Shown piece by piece: positions 16,739-24,000 of a DNA stretch of 24,000 bases. Under the pieces are notes generated by a model. The model ran no database searches. It saw only the letters and a program-made list of their open reading frames with translations, and was not told where the DNA came from. The position numbers were made by a program, and so were the translations under genes. How positions within the stretch are numbered: the stretch's first letter is position 1; the number at the start of each line of letters is the position of its first letter. The stretch comes from Arenicella sp. (lineage in GTDB: Bacteria; Pseudomonadota; Gammaproteobacteria; Arenicellales; Arenicellaceae), in contig JBOEHE010000055.1 in the NCBI GenBank assembly GCA_050633785.1, positions 24,490 to 48,489 on the forward strand, read 5' to 3'.

Positions 16739-17263
16739 TCAAGCTCTCTTCTCTAGTGTTCGTTGAAAGTTTAAGGTTGCATTAGCCACACCGAATTGTT
16801 GATCCACGGGATATCCAAGCAAGCGCAACATCGCTGCTATCATAGCCGAGTGATGTTCAGTATGCCCAATCAAAAACATCAACTCACGGTGAATGGAAGA
16901 ATGAACTTCATGGCAACTGTGATCATCTTGAACCAATAGCTTATGCGGTTGCCCCTGTTCATTTTGACAATTAAACGACGCTATATTGTTTTTTATCTGC
17001 TGCAATTGTTCACGACAGTATTTCATGTCGGTTTCTAAACGTAAATTGCGTTCACGCTTGTCATAGTTGATCGTCGCTTTTTCTGAAAGTTGTGCAAAGA
17101 AGCACTGGTAATGTTCAATGATATGGCGGTAATGTGCGCCTATAGATGATTGAAAGGCTGGAGTAGCCACCGCTTTATAGACTTTGGCGGGAAAATCATC
17201 CAGAGCCCTGATCAAAAAATCAATGGATGTATCGTTTGCTTCAACATAAATGCCCAAGCTCAT
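16739..17263 (-). CDS. DinB/YfiT-like four-helix-bundle protein (putative metal-dependent enzyme)
   Basis: 174 aa with a strong AGGAG RBS 9 nt upstream. The His-rich helices HYRHIIEHY and GHTEHHSAMIAAMLRLLG resemble the DinB-superfamily His triad. The assignment is by pattern only. Confidence 0.5.
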   Translation of the reverse strand: MSLGIYVEANDTSIDFLIRALDDFPAKVYKAVATPAFQSSIGAHYRHIIEHYQCFFAQLSEKATINYDKRERNLRLETDMKYCREQLQQIKNNIASFNCQNEQGQPHKLLVQDDHSCHEVHSSIHRELMFLIGHTEHHSAMIAAMLRLLGYPVDQQFGVANATLNFQRTLEKRA

Positions 17264-17471
17264 AAGCTGAATCTCCTATCTGTAGGTGACAATCCGTGCA
17301 ACAACACTGTTGGCAGACAGAACAAAACGCCAGCTTCGGCATTTTTAAATACATTACATTCACTCATCAATTACTCTTCTTTTAATATATTCGCTCAGTA
17401 ATGAGACCGATATTACCCCAATATGCTTACTCACTACCTAACAAATCCTTCATTTATTAATACCAGACTCA

Positions 17472-18173
17472 CTATTGGGCCGCGACAAACACTGCTGCAG
17501 CTGAGATTGCTGCGGTTTCTGTACGTAGAATATGACTGCCAAGCTTCACAGCAGTTACCCCTTTATTCTGAAAGTACTGCATCTCATTTGCTGAAAAACC
17601 ACCTTCAGGCCCGATCATAATCAAAGCATTTGAATGAGCTATCTGGGGGACACTGACCCCTTCCTGATCAGCATAATAAGTCAGCACATCACTCTGCGTC
17701 ACTGATTCAACAGCTTGCTGCGGAGTCATAAGACTTCGAAGTTCAGGAATAAAGGGATTTTCAGACTGCTTGCAGGCTTCAATAATACCACGTTGCCATT
17801 TATCCATATGCTTATCATTTATCTTGCTTACAGAAAACTCACATTGCAATGGAATAAACGCCTTAATCCCAAGTTGAGTTAACATATCCAGCATAGTTTT
17901 AGACCTATCTCCTTTGGGAACAGCAGCAGCAATAGTTATCTCAAAATCAGGACTTGCTACTATTTCTACCTCGTTGATTCGAACCGATACCTGACGTTTC
18001 CTGATAACGTCAATTACTGCATTCGCTTTAACACCTTTGCCATTGATCAGAATAACCGAATCACCTTCATGCAAACGACGAACTGAAACCGCATGGTGAC
18101 TCTCACCCTCAGATAAAACCACAAGCTCTCCCGACAACAGAGCCTGATCATGAAAAAATTTAGGAGTAGCCAT
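17472..18173 (-). CDS. rsmE: 16S rRNA (uracil1498-N3)-methyltransferase RsmE
   Basis: MATPKFFHD aligns with the E. coli RsmE opening MRIPRIYHPE. The C-terminal IGPEGGFS..E, G...V.LG..ILRTETA motif is present. I prefer the ATG at 18173. The track's GTG at 18182 is the alternative. Confidence 0.9.
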   Translation of the reverse strand: MATPKFFHDQALLSGELVVLSEGESHHAVSVRRLHEGDSVILINGKGVKANAVIDVIRKRQVSVRINEVEIVASPDFEITIAAAVPKGDRSKTMLDMLTQLGIKAFIPLQCEFSVSKINDKHMDKWQRGIIEACKQSENPFIPELRSLMTPQQAVESVTQSDVLTYYADQEGVSVPQIAHSNALIMIGPEGGFSANEMQYFQNKGVTAVKLGSHILRTETAAISAAAVFVAAQ

Positions 18174-18182
18174 CAGTTTCAC

Positions 18183-18947
18183 TCACGCTTTAAGGTAAAC
18201 ATCATAACGCAATAATTTGCCCTGCAATTTCTGTGATGGCAGAACCCCCGTTGACGCCCCCAGACTAGGTGCATAATCAGGGCGTTTAACCACAACCCGA
18301 CGAGTTGCCTTAGAATAGGCAAGGCCAAACAAACATTCTTCATCCTGGTCCAAACCAACAAGCTCTTGCAAGACTTGCATATTTTTTTTGGCCAGTGCAG
18401 AAGATTTAGCTTTATGCGGAAACATCGGATCAAGATAGATACAATCAGCTATTTGTTCAGAGTTTTGCAAAAAATTAAGTGTATCTTCAGGAATAAATCG
18501 TGGAACCGAGACTGCATTTTTTTGAACCCAATCAGACCGGCCCAACCTGCCCATAGCTTCTGCAAGAAACCCTTGTAACAACCAATGCCTTTCCAGTATT
18601 GTCACCGTGTAGCCTTGTGAGCAAAACAACAAACTGTCACCAGCCCAACCACCGGTTGCATCTAAAACTGACACCGTCTTGCGCCCAATCGCTTGAGCAA
18701 GAAGGTTTTTCTTGCTGGCAGGAAATGTGGTTTGTTGGCGTAAGAATTGATCAATATCAATAATATGATAGCGATATTTCAACTTCCGGCCCTGCACGAC
18801 TGGCTCACAAAGCGTCATAACCCCAGCATGAGAGTCAACCCGATAAACCTTGTCGAACGCAGTATTATTTTCTGCATTCAACAAGGTTACTGCATTAGGA
18901 ATTGAACTAAACCATTGCAGATATTCTGGAGCAATTGCAATTTGCAA
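18183..18947 (-). CDS. rsmJ: 16S rRNA (guanine1516-N2)-methyltransferase RsmJ
   Basis: 254 aa with a TTG start. VLDATGGWAGDSLL, IYLDPMFPHKAKSSALAKKNMQVLQELVG and RRVVVKRPDYAP match the E. coli RsmJ (YhiQ) blocks. Confidence 0.88.
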   Translation of the reverse strand: MQIAIAPEYLQWFSSIPNAVTLLNAENNTAFDKVYRVDSHAGVMTLCEPVVQGRKLKYRYHIIDIDQFLRQQTTFPASKKNLLAQAIGRKTVSVLDATGGWAGDSLLFCSQGYTVTILERHWLLQGFLAEAMGRLGRSDWVQKNAVSVPRFIPEDTLNFLQNSEQIADCIYLDPMFPHKAKSSALAKKNMQVLQELVGLDQDEECLFGLAYSKATRRVVVKRPDYAPSLGASTGVLPSQKLQGKLLRYDVYLKA

Positions 18948-18968
18948 CTTGCTTAAACTCGCCAGCGA

Positions 18969-20162
18969 TCAGAGAAAGTTAACCTCAACCAAGGGACTGA
19001 CGTCTTCCTCATAATCAACTCCAGCAATACCAAAACCGAATAAACGCAGAAACTCTTCTTTATAAAACGCAAAATCGGTCAATTGAGTCAGATTTTCAGT
19101 AGTAACTTCCGGCCAGATGGCTTCAACTTTAGCTTGAATTTCGGGATCCAACTCTAAATTATCAACACGGAAACGATTATCTTTATCCAGACGAGGTGAA
19201 TCGTTATACAAGCATTCATTGTATAAGCGCTCCAACTGTTCAATACAACCTTCATGCGAACCATCAGCCTTCATTACTTTAAACAGAATTGCCAGATATA
19301 GCGGCATGACAGGAATAGCTGAGCTTGCCTGGGTTACTACCGCTTTGAGCACCGACACATTTGCCTGCCCACCTAAAGGCTCTAAGCTCTTAGTTAATTC
19401 ACTGGCAACACGATCCAGATCTTCCTTAGCTTTTCCGATAGTTGCATGTCCATAAATTGGCCATGTCAGCTTGTCACCTAAATAGGTGTATGACACAGTT
19501 TTGCAGCCCTCAGCTAATACGTCGGCTTGCTGCAAAGCATCAATCCATAATGCCCAATCTTCCCCACCCATTACTTTAACCGTGTTGGCAATTTCTTCAT
19601 CTGAAGCAGGTTCAACTGTGATTTCACCAATTTGCAGGTTATCCGTATTCAGATTTTTTGCTGTATACGATTTACCAATAGGCTTCAAAGTTGAGTTAAA
19701 TACCTCACCAGTGTCTGGATCCTGACGTCGAGGTGATGCCAGACTATAAATCACCAGATCAATTTTCCCCATGTCCTGCTGAATTAAATCAATCACTTGT
19801 TGCTTACAGGCATGAGAAAAAGCATCGCCATTAATGCTCTTAGAGTAAATACCCGCTTCAGCCGCAGCCTTATCCAGAGCAGCGGCATTATAGTAACCTG
19901 CCGAAGCTGTGCGCTTTTCTGTGGGTGGTTTTTCAAAAAACACACCGAGAGTCTTAGCACCATAACCGAACGTTGCCGTTATTCGCGATGCCAGACCATA
20001 GCCGGTTGATGAACCAATGACCAATACATTCTTTGGGCTATTGTCATCTAGGTCAAACGATTGCTGTTTAATATAGGCGATTTGTTCAGCCACATTAGCC
20101 GCACAGCCTTTGGGATGAGCGTTGGTGCAAATAAAACCTCGAACCTTTGGAGAAATAATCAT
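18969..20162 (-). CDS. fabV: Enoyl-[acyl-carrier-protein] reductase FabV (NADH)
   Basis: 397 aa. [45 protein letters not shown] and [14 protein letters not shown] are close to Vibrio cholerae FabV along the full length. Confidence 0.95.
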   Translation of the reverse strand: MIISPKVRGFICTNAHPKGCAANVAEQIAYIKQQSFDLDDNSPKNVLVIGSSTGYGLASRITATFGYGAKTLGVFFEKPPTEKRTASAGYYNAAALDKAAAEAGIYSKSINGDAFSHACKQQVIDLIQQDMGKIDLVIYSLASPRRQDPDTGEVFNSTLKPIGKSYTAKNLNTDNLQIGEITVEPASDEEIANTVKVMGGEDWALWIDALQQADVLAEGCKTVSYTYLGDKLTWPIYGHATIGKAKEDLDRVASELTKSLEPLGGQANVSVLKAVVTQASSAIPVMPLYLAILFKVMKADGSHEGCIEQLERLYNECLYNDSPRLDKDNRFRVDNLELDPEIQAKVEAIWPEVTTENLTQLTDFAFYKEEFLRLFGFGIAGVDYEEDVSPLVEVNFL

Positions 20163-20418
20163 AAGTTAGCGACCTTCCGAGAATAACGTTCAATTGATAA
20201 AGCGCGCCATTATAAACGTAATTACCAGCATTGAGTATATTTGCTGACATTAAATCCATTCAAACTCTGCAATCAACGGCCAAGACTTTATTCATCTAAC
20301 TGATTCCTCTAGAATCAACGCCTTTGAAACCAATCAATTAATCACCTGTTTCAGTCAGCAATGAAGTAGTCTCACGGTCTATTACAGGTCAACACAAGAA
20401 AATACAACGGAACTCTAT

Positions 20419-21666
20419 ATGTTTAAATCTTTTTTTCCTCGTCCCACCCTGTTTTTTCTGTCACTAGTTATCTGGGCTGCTATTGCTATCAGCACCTGGT
20501 ATTCATTTAATACAACCATTGGTGGCTGGTTGGGTTTAAATTTAGTTGATGAGGAAATAGTCATTGGCTTAGGTCATTTCACGACCCCTTCTTTTTTATT
20601 ATTTTATTTATTCTACTTTACAAGTACACTTATTTTTGCCGCTTTCTGGTTTATTTGGGCACCCCACAAGTGGCAATGGTGGGCGATTCCAGGATCTGCA
20701 TTTATATTGTTTTCCACATATTATTCTGTGCAAGTTTCCGTAGCATTAAATAATTGGCGAGGTCCATTTTTCAATGCAGTACAAGATGCTCTATCGGGAA
20801 AAAGAGAAGTGCCAGCTCAAGAACTATACGACCACATGCTTATTTTTGCTGAAATTGCCTTTATGGCAATATTCGTTTTTGTCATCACTAGATTTGTTGT
20901 CAGTCACTATATTTTCCGTTGGAGAACTGCGATGAATGATTACTATACAGAACAATGGAAAAATTTAAGACACATCGAAGGTGCATCACAGCGAATTCAG
21001 GAAGACACTATGCGCTTTGCACAAATCATGGAGGGCCTCGGGGTATCCCTAGTCGATGCGGTCATGACACTTTTTGCTTTTCTGCCTGTATTGTGGACAT
21101 TATCCATCCACGTAACTGAGTTACCCTTTGTTGGTAACATTGCAGCACCATTGTTTTTTGCAGCTCTATTCTGGTCGATTTTTGGTACATTTTTGCTTGC
21201 CGCAGTCGGCATTAAACTACCTGGCTTAGAATTCAAAAACCAACGAGTAGAAGCCGCTTATCGTAAAGAACTGGTCTATGGGGAAGATTACGAAGATCGA
21301 GCTCAGCCTCTTGCCCTCAAAGAACTGTTTAATAATGTCAGAAAAAACTATTTTCGCCTGTATTTCCACTATATGTATTTCAACGTCGCTCGCAGTTTAT
21401 ACATCCAGGCAGATGGCCTTTTCGCCTATTTTATTTTAGTGCCCACAATCGTTTCGGGAAAAATCACACTGGGCATCTTACAACAGATCCTTTCTGCCTT
21501 TTCTCATGTCAGTAACTCCTTTCAATACCTAGTTAACTCATGGACGACCATCGTTGATTTATTATCTGTATACAAGCGACTCACTTCATTTGAAGCCGCA
21601 ATTAAGAATGAACCATTACCAGAAATTGATCGAGATTTTTTAGAAAACAAACAAACCAATCAATAG
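20419..21666 (+). CDS. sbmA: Peptide antibiotic/peptide uptake transporter SbmA (BacA family)
   Basis: 415 aa. MFKSFFP.P..FFLS, RWRTAMN.YY, LRHIEGA.QR.QEDTMRFA, IKLPGLEFKNQRVEAAYRKELVYGED, RKNYFRLYFHYMYFN and FQYL.NSWTT closely match E. coli SbmA from end to end. Confidence 0.93.
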   Translation: MFKSFFPRPTLFFLSLVIWAAIAISTWYSFNTTIGGWLGLNLVDEEIVIGLGHFTTPSFLLFYLFYFTSTLIFAAFWFIWAPHKWQWWAIPGSAFILFSTYYSVQVSVALNNWRGPFFNAVQDALSGKREVPAQELYDHMLIFAEIAFMAIFVFVITRFVVSHYIFRWRTAMNDYYTEQWKNLRHIEGASQRIQEDTMRFAQIMEGLGVSLVDAVMTLFAFLPVLWTLSIHVTELPFVGNIAAPLFFAALFWSIFGTFLLAAVGIKLPGLEFKNQRVEAAYRKELVYGEDYEDRAQPLALKELFNNVRKNYFRLYFHYMYFNVARSLYIQADGLFAYFILVPTIVSGKITLGILQQILSAFSHVSNSFQYLVNSWTTIVDLLSVYKRLTSFEAAIKNEPLPEIDRDFLENKQTNQ

Positions 21667-21705
21667 ACTTGTCTTACCTTGAAATGTATTGACGGTTAAT
21701 TAAAG

Positions 21706-21737
21706 GATCAGCTGCACTTTGCAGCTGGTCTTTTTTC
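21706..21737 (+). terminator. Rho-independent terminator of sbmA
   Basis: GATCAGCTGC-acttt-GCAGCTGGTC stem followed by TTTTTTC, 40 nt after the sbmA stop. Confidence 0.8.
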
Positions 21738-22073
21738 ATTTTATTTAGGACATTCTAAACCAGGATCTAGCAAAAGTGCCCGACACAGGCAACTCACAAT
21801 CAGTTTATTATCATTCTCAGCAAACATACCTCAACAATAATCTTGACCACCACTAACAAGGAGAGTTTCTTTGCTTTTTCTATTCATCTTGATATCCATA
21901 TAATTAACAGTACAGCCCACATCTGTGGAAAAGGTATAATTCCTGATCGTTTCAGGGAAAAACGATACTTCCTGCATCGTGCTTTTCCACACTTTATAGT
22001 TTACATACAAGGATTTAGATAATATTAACAACAAGACAAAGATGTTCCCTAGCCTTTAACTTGAAATAAAAAA

Positions 22074-22096
22074 GGCGCTCAATGAGCGCCTTTTTT
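22074..22096. terminator. Bidirectional rho-independent terminator (ppiD side)
   Basis: GGCGCTC-aat-GAGCGCC flanked by AAAAAA upstream and TTTTTT downstream, 24 nt beyond the ppiD stop. Confidence 0.85.
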
Positions 22097-22119
22097 ATTA
22101 TTTAGACAAACAGTGTTGT

Positions 22120-24000
22120 TTACAACAAGCTGTAATCAATCTCCACATCCATTGATTCACGCTTGCTTTCCAAAAACTTATTAACCACCTCAGAACCATC
22201 ACGACGGGATGCTATCTGCCTGGTTGAATCTTTAAGCTGTTCAGTAACTTCTGTTTCTACAGCGTCAATAACACCATTGAATTTGAATAAGTAGTAATCA
22301 CCAATCGCATCAGACACCTTACCAACACTTGCAGGAAAGTCTTTGGTCGAAGCAGCGAACACCTGTTCAACCAAAACAGGATCAAGATCACTTGCATTAT
22401 CCACCGAGGAATGAATCTGCGCTTCAGACTGCAATTTCAACGCCTCAACTGTCGCAGACCAATCGTTTGCGGATAATAAACGCTCATAGGCCGCCTCAGC
22501 CAGCTCAGCGGCTTTTGCACTGGCCTTTTCCTGCTTTAATATAGTATCGATTTGTGCTTTAACCGAATCCAGAGACTTAGGCTTGCTTTCAACAAATTCC
22601 TGCTTACGAATAGCGATAAAATCTGTCGCTGAAAGTTCAAGAACCTCACTGTTTATACCTTCGCTAAGAACCGTTTCGCCAAACGCAGCCTCTCGAACCA
22701 CGGCATTACTCGCGACACCCTGACCATTATCTCTACTGAATAAAGGTGTTGTTTGAACAGTCAAACCCAATTCATCCGCAGCAACCTGCAAACTATCAGA
22801 ATTCTCATAAACAAGATTTCTCAAATCTTCAGCTCGTTCAAAAAATAAGTCTTCTGCTTTACGAGACAACTCCTGTTGCTCAATTTCAGCTTTCACTTCA
22901 TCAAACGGCTTAGGCTCTGGCCTGTCAATAGACGTCACTTGTATTAGATGATGACCATATTCTGTTTTAACGGGTTCACTGATTTCATTTTCCTGCAACG
23001 AAAAAGCCCTATCATCAAAAGCCTTAACCATGATTCCTTTTTCTATAACTCCTAGATCACCACCGTTTTGAGCTGAGCCAGGGTCTTGTGACAACTCTGT
23101 TGCCAATGCCGCAAAGTCATCACCGCTGTTTAAGCGTTCTGCAGCAGTTTGAGCCTGTTCCAATGAATCATCACCAGTAAACAGAATATGTCTTGTCTGA
23201 CGCTTTTCCTGGTCGATATATGAGGCGTTATCTTGCTCATAGACACTCAACAACTCTTCATCTGTGACAGTAACCTGACTTTTCAGATCGTCAGTATTAA
23301 GCCTTATGTATTCAACAGACACCTTTTCTGGTTCATTGAAGTCTGCAATATTAGCTTGATAATAAGCATCCGTTTCACTATCAGATACCTCCACTGATGT
23401 AAGGTAGTCTGAAGTTGAAAACTTCACCAGATCAAAACTGCGTTTCTCTGTACGCAATGCCAACAAATCATCCAAACGTCCTGCTGGAACAAAGCTGGAC
23501 TCAGCAAAACCTGAAGCCACTTGTTGCAAACGTGCACGCTGACGAAAATCATTCTCAAACTGTGCTTTTGATTGCCCTCGTGATGCTACATAATCATTGT
23601 AAGTTTCAAGGCTAAACTTTCCATCAACCTGAAACTGACGGTTTTCCCTAATCAGATTGCCCAACAAAACATCATTGACCTGATAGTTATCTTTTTCTGC
23701 GGTTTCTTCAAGCAAAGCTCGATTAATTAGATTATCAAGAACATTCTTTTTAAAGTCATCGCTATTTAAATCGATACTGACATTGTCGCCCATAAAGCGT
23801 CGCATCTGCTGCTGCTGAGCCTGCAAAGCATTACGAAAGCTATATTGGGTGATTGATTGTTTACCAACACTAGCTACAGTTGGTATAGGCTCTTGCGAAA
23901 CGTAAGAACTAACACCAAAAAATGCCATAGTGATGATAATCAGAATAGCAATGCCCCAGGCAATGACTCCAGATGAATTTTCTCGAATGTTTTCTAACAT
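22120..24000 (-). CDS. ppiD: Periplasmic chaperone / peptidyl-prolyl isomerase PpiD
   Basis: 626 aa. It has an N-terminal membrane anchor (GVIAWGIAILIIITMAFFGV), SurA-like N-domain pattern and a parvulin domain (RHILF...DPGSAQNGGDLG......V.AFDD..F.L...EISEPVKTEYGHHLI.V). The start ATG occupies 23998-24000, so the CDS is complete but its promoter is outside the window. Confidence 0.92.
   Translation of the reverse strand: MLENIRENSSGVIAWGIAILIIITMAFFGVSSYVSQEPIPTVASVGKQSITQYSFRNALQAQQQQMRRFMGDNVSIDLNSDDFKKNVLDNLINRALLEETAEKDNYQVNDVLLGNLIRENRQFQVDGKFSLETYNDYVASRGQSKAQFENDFRQRARLQQVASGFAESSFVPAGRLDDLLALRTEKRSFDLVKFSTSDYLTSVEVSDSETDAYYQANIADFNEPEKVSVEYIRLNTDDLKSQVTVTDEELLSVYEQDNASYIDQEKRQTRHILFTGDDSLEQAQTAAERLNSGDDFAALATELSQDPGSAQNGGDLGVIEKGIMVKAFDDRAFSLQENEISEPVKTEYGHHLIQVTSIDRPEPKPFDEVKAEIEQQELSRKAEDLFFERAEDLRNLVYENSDSLQVAADELGLTVQTTPLFSRDNGQGVASNAVVREAAFGETVLSEGINSEVLELSATDFIAIRKQEFVESKPKSLDSVKAQIDTILKQEKASAKAAELAEAAYERLLSANDWSATVEALKLQSEAQIHSSVDNASDLDPVLVEQVFAASTKDFPASVGKVSDAIGDYYLFKFNGVIDAVETEVTEQLKDSTRQIASRRDGSEVVNKFLESKRESMDVEIDYSLL

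Noticed and set aside
17423-18433. ORFs 17423-17620 (+) and 18179-18433 (-), and 18366-18578 (+)
   Set aside because: They overlap rsmE or rsmJ out of frame or in antisense. The rsmE and rsmJ frames are fixed by strong motif matches.
21831-22034. The 67-aa minus-strand ORF as a confident protein-coding gene
   Set aside because: It has a TTG start, no clear SD and no recognisable domain, and it begins immediately after the ppiD terminator without an evident promoter. I kept it only as a possibility within the finding on the 330-bp gap.
1-24000. Defence islands, toxin-antitoxin pairs, CRISPR arrays, prophage or IS elements, tRNA/rRNA genes
   Set aside because: I found no regularly spaced direct repeats and no integrase, transposase, recombinase or nuclease-like ORFs. 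There are no tRNA-like T-arm motifs in intergenic regions, and every ORF above 130 aa is accounted for by the annotations above.

Overview
The window looks like core chromosome from an AT-rich Gammaproteobacterium (about 40% GC by eye, not computed; genus not determinable). I found no rRNA, tRNA, CRISPR array, transposase or integrase. Most of it is recognisable housekeeping: infA, typA/bipA with a downstream DUF1178 zinc-ribbon gene, and an RDD-family membrane protein. The classic lptG-lptF <> pepA-holC-(small acidic ORF)-valS arrangement is present, followed by rsmE, rsmJ, fabV, sbmA and a full-length ppiD that starts at the last base of the window.

The least ordinary part is a run of seven co-directional minus-strand genes at 12156-17263. 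They are DinB-like, NRDE (TANGO2-like, Cys2), OlsB-like N-acyltransferase, OlsA/PlsC-like O-acyltransferase, an unannotatable 4-TM protein, a membrane-anchored hexapeptide-repeat acyltransferase, and a secreted SGNH/GDSL hydrolase. Only the olsB/olsA step (ornithine or other aminolipid synthesis) matches a described pathway. The tight coupling of the flanking genes suggests an extended, undescribed aminolipid modification or turnover module. This is inference from motifs and gene order only.

Other notable signals:
- A DARS-like cluster of three consensus DnaA boxes (one opposed to two) in the 446-bp typA/RDD intergenic region.
- A G8 homopolymer exactly between the acyltransferase stop and the SGNH lipase start.
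- An orphan gene bracketed by AGATAATTT repeats.
- A 330-bp non-coding gap bracketed by terminators, with mutually exclusive hairpins.

All family calls rest on my recognition of motifs in the translated ORFs. No database search was possible.
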